DNA of 64,000 nucleotides from Acidimicrobiales bacterium (GTDB lineage Bacteria; Actinomycetota; Acidimicrobiia; Acidimicrobiales; CATQHL01): NCBI GenBank assembly GCA_965209115.1, contig CBDBQD010000002.1, positions 327,890 to 391,889 of the forward strand, read 5' to 3'. Shown piece by piece: positions 45,185 to 54,344 of this stretch (position 1 is its first letter; each line of letters starts with the position of its first letter). The notes under the pieces were generated by a model. It saw only the letters and a program-made list of their open reading frames with translations, ran no database searches and was not told where the DNA came from. The position numbers and the translations under genes were made by a program.

Positions 45185-46000
45185 ATGAACGACAACGACG
45201 AGGGGTCCACGGGCGACGCAGGCACGACCAGGAAGCCTCAGATCCAGTTCACCCTGCCGCCTCCGCAGAAGATGCTGTCCACCCTCGGCGCGCTGCTGAT
45301 GGTGATCGCCCCTCTCATGAGTTGGGTGAAGGCCGAGGGCTTGGATGCCTTTCCGAATCTCGCCGGTGCAGGATGGTCGTCGGGCGGCGCGGGCGTGATG
45401 GTCCTGGTTGTCGGAGCGCTCCTCCTCGTGCGCCGACCCTCGGTAGGTCTGGCCATCGGGCGTTCCCTCGGCGCCGTTCTCGTTTCGCTGATATTCATCC
45501 TCCGCGCCGCCGACGGCACCTTGGGTGCGGGAGCCTGGGTGGGGCTGATCGGCTCGCTCCTGGCGCTGTTGGGGATCGGGCTGTCGCTGACCGACGCCGC
45601 CAACCGGCCGGACCTGCAGGTCAGCCGTGCCGGGGCGGCGGCGTTGGGCGCCGTCTTGGCGGCGATCGCCTCCTTCTGGCTCGATTGGGAGGTCTCCTTC
45701 GGAAGTGAGGCCATCGAGAACGGTCTGAGCACCGAGATCATCGCCGGATTCCCGGTGCTGATCCTGGCGGCGACGACGCTGCTGTCGCTGCTGGCCCGCC
45801 TCGACGCAGGCGCCTCGGAGCGCGCCAAGTCGATGGCCGCCCTCCATGTCCAGTACTCCGGTACCTGTATCGCCGTCGTGGCCGCGGCCGCCATCCTCGG
45901 CGCCGTGATGGCCGGGGGGATCGTGACGTCGGGACCGGTCGTCGCGCTCGTGGGGGCCTTCTTCGTAACCCGCTCCGTGCGAGCGGCGGAGGCCGCCTGA
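45185..46000 (+). CDS. integral membrane protein, unknown function
   Basis: At least six hydrophobic segments, good codon bias, GGAGG before the ATG. Confidence 0.7.
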   Translation: MNDNDEGSTGDAGTTRKPQIQFTLPPPQKMLSTLGALLMVIAPLMSWVKAEGLDAFPNLAGAGWSSGGAGVMVLVVGALLLVRRPSVGLAIGRSLGAVLVSLIFILRAADGTLGAGAWVGLIGSLLALLGIGLSLTDAANRPDLQVSRAGAAALGAVLAAIASFWLDWEVSFGSEAIENGLSTEIIAGFPVLILAATTLLSLLARLDAGASERAKSMAALHVQYSGTCIAVVAAAAILGAVMAGGIVTSGPVVALVGAFFVTRSVRAAEAA

Positions 46001-46088
46001 GGGCTCACCGGTCCACCTTCGTTGGCGGCGCCGGGCACAAGCGCCGTACCCGCGGCTGCCGGCGACCTGAGCGTGCAGTGATCTGCCG

Positions 46089-46586
46089 TTGGTGATGACA
46101 CCGTTCGATTCGGCCGAGTTCCGGCGCGTCCTCGGGCACTATCCCACCGGCGTCACGGTGGTGACCGGCGTCGAGAACGGCAGCCCCGTCGGTCTCGCCA
46201 TCGGGTCGTTCGGCTCGGTCTCCCTGGATCCGCCGCTGGTCATGTTCTGCCCCGGTAAGTCGTCCAGCAGTTGGCCGGCCATCCAGCGCAGCGGCAGCTT
46301 CTGCGTCAACGTCCTGGCCGACGACCAGGCCGCAATCAGCTCGCGCTTCGCCGGGCGCGACCCCGACAAGTTCGCCGGTGTGGAATGGAGCACTCGCGTC
46401 ACCGGGTCGCCTGTCATCGACGGCTGCCTGGCCTGGATCGACTGCACCATCGAGACGGTGCACGAGGGCGGCGACCACTGGATCGTCGTCGGCCGCGTGG
46501 CTGATCTGGACGTCGGTCGCCCCGAGACCGGGCCGCTCATCTTCTTCAAGGGCGGCTACGGCGCGGTCGCACCATCGGCGGACTGA
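46089..46586 (+). CDS. flavin reductase family protein
   Basis: FRRVLGHYPTGVTVVT...SFGSVSLDPPLVMFC...HWIVVGRV is the flavin reductase-like domain pattern. Confidence 0.85.
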   Translation: MVMTPFDSAEFRRVLGHYPTGVTVVTGVENGSPVGLAIGSFGSVSLDPPLVMFCPGKSSSSWPAIQRSGSFCVNVLADDQAAISSRFAGRDPDKFAGVEWSTRVTGSPVIDGCLAWIDCTIETVHEGGDHWIVVGRVADLDVGRPETGPLIFFKGGYGAVAPSAD

Positions 46587-46680
46587 GTCCGGCGCCGGCC
46601 CGGCCCGGGTCCGCGACGCCGCCTGCCGCCCCATACTCATAGCCAGCCATCCGCGTCCCACCCACGTCCAGGAGGATCCC

Positions 46681-47199
46681 ATGGCCGTCTACGCCCTCGG
46701 CGACCTGGTGCCGACCATCCACCCCGACGCCTACGTCCACCCCGAGGCCACCATCATCGGCGACGTCACCATCGGGGCCGGCTCGACGGTGTGGCCGCAG
46801 GCGGTGCTGCGCGGCGACGACGGGGCGATCATCGTGGGCGAGCGCAGCTCGATCCAGGACTGTGCCGTCATCCACACCGCCCCCGTGTCGCCGACGGTGA
46901 TCGGCGACGACTGCACCGTCGGGCATCTGGCCCACCTGGAGGCCTGCACGATGCGCGACGGATCCCTCGCAGGGGTCGGTTCGGTGATCCGTCACAGTGT
47001 CGTCGTGGGTGAGGGGGCGCTGGTGGGTGCCGGTGCGGTGGTGCTCGACGGCACCGAGATACCGCCCGCCGCGGTTGCCGTCGGTGTGCCGGCGCGGATC
47101 CGCCCCGACGCCGCCGATCCCGACATGCTGGTCGACGCAGCGGACAGTTACGCGCGGCGCGGACCCCGCTACAAGGCCGAGTTGCGGCGGCTGGACTGA
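46681..47199 (+). CDS. gamma-class carbonic anhydrase family (hexapeptide repeat) protein
   Basis: MAVYALGDLVPTIHPDAYVHPEATIIGDVTIG..., left-handed beta-helix repeats and the His motif. ATG 46681. Confidence 0.88.
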   Translation: MAVYALGDLVPTIHPDAYVHPEATIIGDVTIGAGSTVWPQAVLRGDDGAIIVGERSSIQDCAVIHTAPVSPTVIGDDCTVGHLAHLEACTMRDGSLAGVGSVIRHSVVVGEGALVGAGAVVLDGTEIPPAAVAVGVPARIRPDAADPDMLVDAADSYARRGPRYKAELRRLD

Positions 47200-47317
47200 C
47201 CGCTCGGGCGCCGCGCCGCGCCCGCCGGTTCCGCCCCTTACCGCGGCCGCCCCTTACCGCGGCCGCCCGGCGCCGATAGACTGGACTCACGAAATCCGCC
47301 AGTAGCTGGGAGCCCCG

Positions 47318-48724
47318 ATGACCGAAGCCAGCACCATCGGCGTCGATCTTGGCAACTACGCCCTGGGATGGAGCGACGAGGAGGACTACGTCTTCAAGCC
47401 GCGCCGGGGCCTCGATGCCGACATCGTGCGCGAGATGTCCTTCATGAAGAAGGAACCGGAGTGGATGCTGAACTTCCGGATGAAGTCGCTGAACCGCTTC
47501 GAGCGCCGGCCGCTGCCCACCTGGGGCGGCGAACTCGGCGGCATCGACTTCGACAACATCTTCTATTACATCAAGCCCACCGAGGAGCAGGTCAGCGAGT
47601 GGGACGACGTTCCCGACTCCATCAAGAACACCTACGAGAAGCTGGGCATCCCCGAGGCCGAGCGCAAGTACCTGGCCGGTGTGACCGCGCAGTACGAGTC
47701 CGAGGTGGTCTACCACCGCAACCGCGAGGACCTCGAGGCGCAGGGCGTGATCTTCAGCGACATGGACTCGGCGGTGCGCGAGCACCCCGAGTTGGTGCGC
47801 AAGTACTTCGGGAAGGTCATCCCCCCCAACGACAACAAGTTCTCGGCGCTCAACTCGGCGGTCTGGTCGGGCGGCTCGTTCATCTACGTGCCCCCGGGCG
47901 TGAGCGTGGAGTTGCCGCTGCAGGCGTACTTCCGCATCAACGCCGAGAACATGGGGCAGTTCGAGCGCACGCTCATCATCGCGGATGAGGGCGCGCAGGT
48001 GCACTACGTGGAGGGCTGCTCGGCGCCGGTGTACACGAGCGACTCGCTGCACTCGGCCGTGGTGGAGATCGTGGTGGGCGAGGGCGCCCGGGTCACCTAC
48101 ACCACGATCCAGAACTGGTCCAGCAACGTCTACAACCTGGTCACCAAGCGGGCCAGGGTGGAGGCCGAGGGCCACATGGAGTGGATCGACGGCAACATCG
48201 GCAGCCAACTCACGATGAAGTACCCCGCCGTGGTGATGGTCGGCCCCAAGGCCTCGGGCGAGGTGCTGTCGGTGGCCTACGCCGGTCCCGGCCAGCATCA
48301 GGACACGGGTGCCAAGATGACCCACGCCGCTCCCGAGACGACCTCCAAGATCGTCTCCAAGTCCATCTCCAAGGACGGCGGACGGACGAGCTACCGGGGC
48401 CTGGTGCGGGTGGAGCCCGACGCCCGCGGCTGCAAGAGCCACGTGCAGTGCGACGCCCTGATCCTCGACGAGGACAGCATCTCGGACACCTACCCCTACA
48501 TGGAGGTCGGCAGCCAGGACGCCGTCATCGGCCACGAGGCCACCGTGTCCAAGGTGGCCGACGAGCAGATGTTCTACCTCATGAGCAGGGGCCTCAGCGA
48601 GGAGCAGGCCATGGGCATGATCGTCAACGGCTTCGTGGAGCCGGTGACGCGCACGCTGCCGATGGAGTACGCCGTGGAGTGGAGCCGCCTTATCGAGTTG
48701 CAGATGGAGGGCTCGGTCGGCTGA
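47318..48724 (+). CDS. sufB: Fe-S cluster assembly protein SufB
   Basis: Typical SufB N-terminus (...[14 protein letters not shown]...) and C-terminal GFVEPV...LPMEYAVEW. Confidence 0.95.
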   Translation: MTEASTIGVDLGNYALGWSDEEDYVFKPRRGLDADIVREMSFMKKEPEWMLNFRMKSLNRFERRPLPTWGGELGGIDFDNIFYYIKPTEEQVSEWDDVPDSIKNTYEKLGIPEAERKYLAGVTAQYESEVVYHRNREDLEAQGVIFSDMDSAVREHPELVRKYFGKVIPPNDNKFSALNSAVWSGGSFIYVPPGVSVELPLQAYFRINAENMGQFERTLIIADEGAQVHYVEGCSAPVYTSDSLHSAVVEIVVGEGARVTYTTIQNWSSNVYNLVTKRARVEAEGHMEWIDGNIGSQLTMKYPAVVMVGPKASGEVLSVAYAGPGQHQDTGAKMTHAAPETTSKIVSKSISKDGGRTSYRGLVRVEPDARGCKSHVQCDALILDEDSISDTYPYMEVGSQDAVIGHEATVSKVADEQMFYLMSRGLSEEQAMGMIVNGFVEPVTRTLPMEYAVEWSRLIELQMEGSVG

Positions 48725-48731
48725 TCCGACT

Positions 48732-48776
48732 CCCGGGCCTTGTCATTCCGGCGAAGGCCGGAATCCACTCCCGGGG
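48732..48776. repeat. REP-like hairpin (translates as VIPAKAGI in one frame) between sufB and the next gene
   Basis: attccggc-gaag-gccggaat is a perfect 8-bp stem at 48745-48764, flanked by self-complementary cccggg at 48732-37 and 48771-76. Confidence 0.6.
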
Positions 48777-48880
48777 CCGCGGCCTCGCCAGGGCGGGCAC
48801 CGCCGGTCGTATCAAAGTCCTGACATCCTGGACCTGACCGCAACCGGCGCTCGGACCGTCACCCGTAGAATGGGCGCGCC

Positions 48881-49252
48881 ATGCCGATGCGTCAGGACTG
48901 CAAGCACTTCGAGAGTCGCACCTACCCGAACGGCGACACCGTGCGCAAGTGCGACCTGGATCTCGCCCCCGAGGCCCCGTGGCGCTGCCCGGAGAACTGC
49001 GAGGCCTATGTCCGGCGCCGGGCCGACGTGAACTGGGCCTACGGCACCCTCGTGACCCCGAAGACGCCCGACGAGCCGGCGTCCCTGGGAACCGACGACT
49101 CCATTGCGGCGCTGCTGGACGAGGCCGAGGACGTGGTGAACCGGGCCGGCGCCGAGATCATGGCCGACCTGGACAAGGAGAAGCGGCGCTCCGCCGGTCG
49201 CCTGGGCCGGACGCTCCGCCGTCGCGGCAAGGGCCGCGGCGCGCGCGGCTGA
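48881..49252 (+). CDS. small Cys-containing protein embedded in the suf operon
   Basis: Strong host codon bias. Cys at positions 7, 24, 36 and 40 (CKHF...KCDL...RCPENCEAY), then an acidic helix and a basic tail. Confidence 0.65.
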   Translation: MPMRQDCKHFESRTYPNGDTVRKCDLDLAPEAPWRCPENCEAYVRRRADVNWAYGTLVTPKTPDEPASLGTDDSIAALLDEAEDVVNRAGAEIMADLDKEKRRSAGRLGRTLRRRGKGRGARG

Positions 49253-49265
49253 CCGGCGGTCCTGG

Positions 49266-50555
49266 ATGCCCGACCTCCACGACGTGTTCTCGGTCGCGCA
49301 CGCCGCTGCCCTGGGTGGCGCCGGCTGGCTGCAGCAGCGACGCCTGGCGGCGGCCGAATCCTTCGGGACCGCCGAACTGCCGTCGGCCGGCGAGGAGGAG
49401 TGGCGCTACAGCCCCGTCGCCGGGCTGCACCTCGAGGCCTACCGGCCGGCGCCCCCCACCGGCGGGAACGGGCCCGCGATCGGCGGAGTCCTGCCGGGCT
49501 CGCTGCGGGATCGGCTGGGCGCCCTGAGCGCGCTCGTGGTGACCTGTGACGGCCGGCTCGTCAGCACCGAGATCACGCCGGAGGCCGAGGCCGCCGGCCT
49601 GGTGCTGCACCCCCTCGGCGAGGCGCCCGAGCCGGTGGCTGCGCTGGGCGGCGTGCTCGCGGCGCCGAGCGATGTGTTCGGGCTGATGAACGACGCCTTC
49701 TGCGGTGCTCCCCTGCTGCTGGAGATCCCCCGCGGCGTGCGCCTGACCGAGCCGGTGGCGATCGTGAACGTGCTGCGCGCCGCGTCGCTCGCGGTCTTCC
49801 CGCGCCTTGTGGTGGTCGTGGGCGACGGCGCAGAGGCGCAGGTGGTCAACGTGCTGGTCTCGGGTGAGGAGGAGGGGTTCGCGGCGCCCGTGGCAGAGCT
49901 CGACGTGGGTCCCGCCGCCCGGCTGCAGTACCTCAACCTGCAGGAGCTCGGTCCGCAGGCCACCGGCATCGACCAGACGGCGGCGACGGTCGCCTCCCAG
50001 GGCCATCTCGCCATCGGGTTGGCCGCCGTCGGCGGGTCCTACTCCCGCTGCCGGGTGGACTGCACGCTCTCGGGACGGGGCGCCACCGGCGACATGTCGG
50101 CGATGTACTTCGGCGACCGCGACCAGGTCCTGGACTTCCGCACCTTCCAGAACCACTCGGCACCCGACACCAACAGCAACCTGCTCTTCGTGGGCGCCGT
50201 GGAGGATCGAGCCCGCTCCATCTACTCGGGACTCATCCGGGTGGGAGCCGAAGCGCGCGGCACCGACGCCCAGCAGACGAACCGCATCCTGAAGCTCTCC
50301 GAGGAGGTGTGGGCCGACTCGGTCCCCAACCTGGAGATCGAGAACAACGACGTGCGCTGCGCCCACGCCAGCTCGGTCGGACCGATCGACGAGGATCACC
50401 GCTTCTACCTGGAGAGCCGGGGCGTGCCCCCCGACGTGGCCGAGCGGCTCATCGTGGAGGGGTTCTTCGGGGAGGTGCGCGGCCGGCTGCCGGTGCAGTC
50501 GGTGGCGGCCTCCTTCGACGAGATGGTGCGCGCCAAGATCGGTCCCGATCGATGA
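49266..50555 (+). CDS. sufD: Fe-S cluster assembly protein SufD
   Basis: SufB/D beta-helix C-terminal region, with position and length typical of SufD. Confidence 0.88.
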   Translation: MPDLHDVFSVAHAAALGGAGWLQQRRLAAAESFGTAELPSAGEEEWRYSPVAGLHLEAYRPAPPTGGNGPAIGGVLPGSLRDRLGALSALVVTCDGRLVSTEITPEAEAAGLVLHPLGEAPEPVAALGGVLAAPSDVFGLMNDAFCGAPLLLEIPRGVRLTEPVAIVNVLRAASLAVFPRLVVVVGDGAEAQVVNVLVSGEEEGFAAPVAELDVGPAARLQYLNLQELGPQATGIDQTAATVASQGHLAIGLAAVGGSYSRCRVDCTLSGRGATGDMSAMYFGDRDQVLDFRTFQNHSAPDTNSNLLFVGAVEDRARSIYSGLIRVGAEARGTDAQQTNRILKLSEEVWADSVPNLEIENNDVRCAHASSVGPIDEDHRFYLESRGVPPDVAERLIVEGFFGEVRGRLPVQSVAASFDEMVRAKIGPDR

Positions 50556-50565
50556 GGCGAGAGGA

Positions 50566-50910
50566 GTGGCGATGAGCGGGGAGAGTCCGGCGGGTGCGGT
50601 GCGGCTGTGCGGGCGGGCCGATCTGGCCGACGGCGAGGCCCGCTGCTTCGTGGCGGAGGGTCGGCGGGTGGCCCTGGCCCGCATCGGCGAGGAGTTCTTC
50701 GCCGTCGACGACACCTGCAGCCATGCCGACTACTCGCTGGCAGAGGGCGACGTGGACGTTGACGAGTGCGCGTTGGAGTGTCCCGCGCACGGCAGCCTCT
50801 TCGATCTGCGCACGGGCGAGGCGCTGACCCTGCCCGCGGTGGTGCCTGTGGCCGCCCACGACGTGGCGGTCTCCGATGGCGGCGTCTTCGTCACGCTCCG
50901 CCCGAGGTAG
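50566..50910 (+). CDS. Rieske [2Fe-2S] ferredoxin-like protein
   Basis: CSHADYSL...CPAHGSLFDLRTGE (CxH...CxxH). Confidence 0.88.
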   Translation: MAMSGESPAGAVRLCGRADLADGEARCFVAEGRRVALARIGEEFFAVDDTCSHADYSLAEGDVDVDECALECPAHGSLFDLRTGEALTLPAVVPVAAHDVAVSDGGVFVTLRPR

Positions 50911-50914
50911 CACC

Positions 50915-51688
50915 GTGAGCGAGCTGATCGTCGAGGACCTGTGGGCGAACGCGGCCGAGGAGTCGATCCTGCAGGGCGTCGACCTGCGCGTGGCCGCGGG
51001 CGAGGTGCACGCTGTCATGGGCCCCAACGGCTGCGGCAAGTCCACCCTGGCGCATGTCTTGGCGGGTCGGCGGGGCTACACCGTCACCGCCGGACGGGCG
51101 CTGCTGGACGGCGTCGACCTGCTGGCCCTCAGCCCCTTCGAGCGGGCGCGGGCGGGGCTCTTCTTGGCCATGCAGTACCCCACCGAAGTTCCGGGCGTGA
51201 ACCTTCTGGACGTCTTGGGGGCGGCGCTGGCGGCCGCGGGGCGCGACCCGGCCGCCGACGGTCTGGGTGCGGTGCTGAGCGCCGAGGCCGAGCGTCTGGG
51301 CGTGCCGGCGGCGCTGCTGGAACGGGCGGTGAACGTCGACCTCTCCGGCGGCGAGCAGAAGCGAGGCGAGGCGCTGCAGCTCGCCGTGCTGCGACCGTGC
51401 ATCGCCGTGTTGGACGAGATCGACTCGGGACTCGACGTCGACGCCCTGCGCGCTGTGGCCCGCCGCATCGAGGAGGCCACCGCCGAGGGTCTCGGCGTGC
51501 TGGCCATCACCCACTACACCCGCCTGCTGGGCGTGCTGCAGGCCGACCGCGTCCACATCATGATCCGCGGCCGGATCGTCGCTTCCGGCGGCCCCGAGTT
51601 GGCCGACGAGCTGGAGCGAACGGGCTACGAACGCTGGGACCGGCCCGCCCCCGCCGAGGTGGCCGTCAAGCTGGGTCGCAGCTTCTAG
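50915..51688 (+). CDS. sufC: Fe-S cluster assembly ATPase SufC
   Basis: Walker A GPNGCGKST, ABC signature LSGGEQKR, Walker B AVLDEIDSGLD. GTG 50915. Confidence 0.93.
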   Translation: MSELIVEDLWANAAEESILQGVDLRVAAGEVHAVMGPNGCGKSTLAHVLAGRRGYTVTAGRALLDGVDLLALSPFERARAGLFLAMQYPTEVPGVNLLDVLGAALAAAGRDPAADGLGAVLSAEAERLGVPAALLERAVNVDLSGGEQKRGEALQLAVLRPCIAVLDEIDSGLDVDALRAVARRIEEATAEGLGVLAITHYTRLLGVLQADRVHIMIRGRIVASGGPELADELERTGYERWDRPAPAEVAVKLGRSF

Positions 51689-51797
51689 CTCCCTTCCTCC
51701 CCCTCCGCCCGCCGTGGCGGCGAAGGCCGGAAGTCCATGTGCCCGAGGTGCCGGCCGGGCCGCTGCGGCGGTGCCGTCCCGGGGTTACTGTGGCGCC

Positions 51798-52091
51798 ATG
51801 ACCGATCCCAACGAACTGATCGACGACGCCACCGTCGACGCCCGGCTCGGCGAGATCCCCGGTTGGGAGCGACGCGGCAACGCCCTGCACCGCGACTTCG
51901 AGTTCGCCGACTTCACCGCCGCCTTCGGGTTCATGGCCGCGGTGGCCTGCGTGGCCGAGCGGCTGTTCCACCATCCCGAGTGGTCGAACGTCTGGAACAA
52001 GGTCTCCATCGCCATCAGCAACCACGCCGCCGGCGGCATCACCGAGAAGGACTTCGACTTCGCCGCCAGGGTGAACAGGCTCACCGGCTGA
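51798..52091 (+). CDS. pterin-4-alpha-carbinolamine dehydratase
   Basis: ...FEFADFTAAFGFMAAVACVAERLFHHPEWSNVWNKV is the PCD signature. ATG 51798. Confidence 0.88.
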   Translation: MTDPNELIDDATVDARLGEIPGWERRGNALHRDFEFADFTAAFGFMAAVACVAERLFHHPEWSNVWNKVSIAISNHAAGGITEKDFDFAARVNRLTG

Positions 52092-52151
52092 GGCGCCGAT
52101 TTCGGGACCGGTCTACGGGCCGTCGAGGCGCAGGAGCAGACGTCGTGGTAC

Positions 52152-52532
52152 GTGAACGACGATCCGGTCCTGAACGGGCCGTCGCGGTACTGGTACCGGG
52201 GTGACGCCGGGCGGGGTTACGGGTCGAACAACTACCAGTTCACGTACGGGATCGCGGGGGAGTCGAGCGCGGAGAACTGGGCGCGCTGGTCGATGGGCCG
52301 CCGGGTGGGCCGCCAGGAGGTCGAGGTGTACGTGCCTCACACGAAGGCGACCGCCACGGTGGTCTACCGGATCGATGTGGGGGGCAGCGTGTTCACGCGG
52401 CGGGCAGCGCAGCGCGACGTCTCCGGTTGGACGTCCTTGGGCGGCTACGACGCCGACGGCGCGCGGGTGACGATCACGCTGCGCGACAACGACGCCCGCT
52501 CAGCGAGTGCCGAAGCGATATCTCGCCTTTGA
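52152..52532 (+). pseudogene. 5'-truncated paralog of the N-terminal module of the 57465..60398 secreted protein (no signal peptide)
   Basis: NDDPVLNGPSRYWYRG.AG.G.GSN.Y..TYGIAGESSA.NWARWSMGRRVGRQE... is shared with residues about 38-160 of the large protein. DNA similarity covers 52127-52492 versus 57554-57920. The frame opens right after the PCD stop, with no ATG and no leader. Confidence 0.55.
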
Positions 52533-52579
52533 GAGTCAGTCGTCTCCAACGCCATGGACCGTGGCCAGGTGACGATGAC

Positions 52580-53332
52580 GTGAGCATTTACTTTGATGAT
52601 TCGAACGAACTTAACCATAGGTTGTTGCGTTACGAGGGTGAGTTTGAATGGTTTGAACCAAACGAGATCAGGACGAGAGCTGCCGCTGAACGATTCCTTG
52701 AAGGTCAAGCAGGTGACATCCTCGAGACCTCTTCGTTTACTGAAAATGAACCGGAAACGAGCTACACTGGGAGCGAATTCAGATTCGACAATATCGCAGG
52801 AAAGTCTGACAATGCGCCCTTGCGGATAAGAGTCAGGGGAGTATACCGCTGCGAGCAATACACCCTTGAGTCAGATTGGAGTGAATGGCGCTATTGGTGG
52901 CCAGGAGACCCGGGTGAGTTGGATGCCCTTCAAGAAGATGCGAGAGACAAGCTGGATGGTTGCGAAGCCTTGGAATATGTTGATGACGCTCTTGAGGTCA
53001 TCGGACTTGGCTTCGCCGTATCCGAGGCCACAGGAGCGCAGAGTGCAAGGGATGCGATCAGGGCGTTGAGGCCCACGCGGGGAAGCCTCGGCCTGACAGT
53101 CGCACTAACCGCGGCGATAAAGGTCCTGAATTGCTATCCCAATGATATGACTGGCGAGCTAGAAATGGTCACTAGTCTGGTCCCTGTCGTTGGGTCTATC
53201 GTTGAACTGATGGGCATCACCGACTTTCTCCGAAATTACGAAATCTGCTATGATTTCAACGGAATTAATTCTCAAGACGGTGATGCCGCGATTGAAGCCA
53301 TAATGCAGAATTGTAGGGCCTTTAGGAGGTGA
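52580..53332 (+). CDS. hypothetical protein encoded by an AT-richer cassette (beta-rich N-terminal half, hydrophobic helical C-terminal half)
   Basis: Long ORF in a clearly lower-GC stretch. GTG 52580 is the first start after the stop of the truncated paralog. Hydrophobic helices: VIGLGFAV, LGLTVALTAAIKVL, VTSLVPVVGSIVELMGI. Confidence 0.5.
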   Translation: MSIYFDDSNELNHRLLRYEGEFEWFEPNEIRTRAAAERFLEGQAGDILETSSFTENEPETSYTGSEFRFDNIAGKSDNAPLRIRVRGVYRCEQYTLESDWSEWRYWWPGDPGELDALQEDARDKLDGCEALEYVDDALEVIGLGFAVSEATGAQSARDAIRALRPTRGSLGLTVALTAAIKVLNCYPNDMTGELEMVTSLVPVVGSIVELMGITDFLRNYEICYDFNGINSQDGDAAIEAIMQNCRAFRR

Positions 53333-53501
53333 CTTGTCGATGTATGCAGGGAGGGTATGCGAAGCCCACAAACAGGGACGCTCTACCGGCGGTAGGCGGT
53401 GGCTATGTGGTAGGGCCGCGAGTTGGCATGCTCAACGGGCCATCGCATTCCCAGAGGGAAGCTCACTCGAGCACTTCTCCTACGTTTGGACGTGAGATAG
53501 T

Positions 53502-54300
53502 TTGAAGTCCCGGATACATCTTGTCGTCGTGGTTGTGGTGGCTGTCGTGGCGGGTTTGTTGGGGCTGGTTGTGGTTGTTTCGTCGGTTGCGGCACAGAAG
53601 GAGGTGGGTGGGCCTTCGGAGCCGGTGGGTGTGGGGGTGCGGGCTGTTGAGCGGCGTTTGGTTGTGTCGTGGTCGGTTCCGGTCGATGATGGACCTGACG
53701 TTCCGCATCCGCTCGGTCCCCGACGACTACTCCCTCCAGGTCCGGGTCCGCGCAGCCGGCCACGGCGACGGCGGCCCCGAACTCTTCGGCGACTGGTCGC
53801 CCTGGCGGATCCTCAGCGCACGATGGCTGAACGACGCCTGCCGGCCGGCCGCGATCCTCGCCGCCCTCAAGCACGGTCGGGCGGCGACCGAAGTCGGGGA
53901 ATGGACGGCGGCCGCCGTCGGCACAGTCGCAGCCATCCGAGGCGCGGTCACCGGCGCCGCCACCGGCTCGGCCGCGCGCCACTCCTTGACACGCGCCGCG
54001 ACAGAACTCGCCGCACAGGCCTCGCAGAAGCCGGCGCCGAACGAACTGATGACAGCCGCGATCAACGACCTGGCCGACGGCGCCACCGACACGACCGAGG
54101 CGGCGACGGTGAGGCTGATGTTCGACTGCGTCGGCCACGGCGCCGGCCTAACGCGGACGGACGCCGCCACAGTCGCCGAAGAGACCCTCCGAGAGCACCA
54201 CAGAACCAGCCCGGAACTCAGCGACATCAATATCGACACCGCAATAGAGAACCACCGAACACTCACGAGCGAGTCCACGCGCTCGCAAGGCAGAAACTGA
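53502..54300 (+). pseudogene. frameshifted gene: signal/TM + Fn3-like start (frame of 53502) continuing in the frame of 53521
   Basis: Frame A reads MKSRIHLVVVVVVAVVAGLLGLVVVV...RLVVSWSVPVDDG. Frame B from about 53690 reads DLTFRIRSVPDDYSLQVRVRAAGHGDGGPELFGDWSPW... with good GC3 to TGA 54300. The frames must switch near 53685-53695. Confidence 0.4.
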
Positions 54301-54344
54301 TCCGCTCGTGATGACGCCTCGCCCCGGCTCGAGCGCCATGTTGC

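Noticed and set aside
53383-54138. 251-aa minus-strand Pro-rich ORF opposite the frameshifted Fn3-like gene.
   Set aside because: Its low-complexity Pro/Gln/Ala stretch mirrors the G/T-rich plus strand. The plus frames give a signal peptide and an Fn3-like pattern, and the plus frame B has good GC3.
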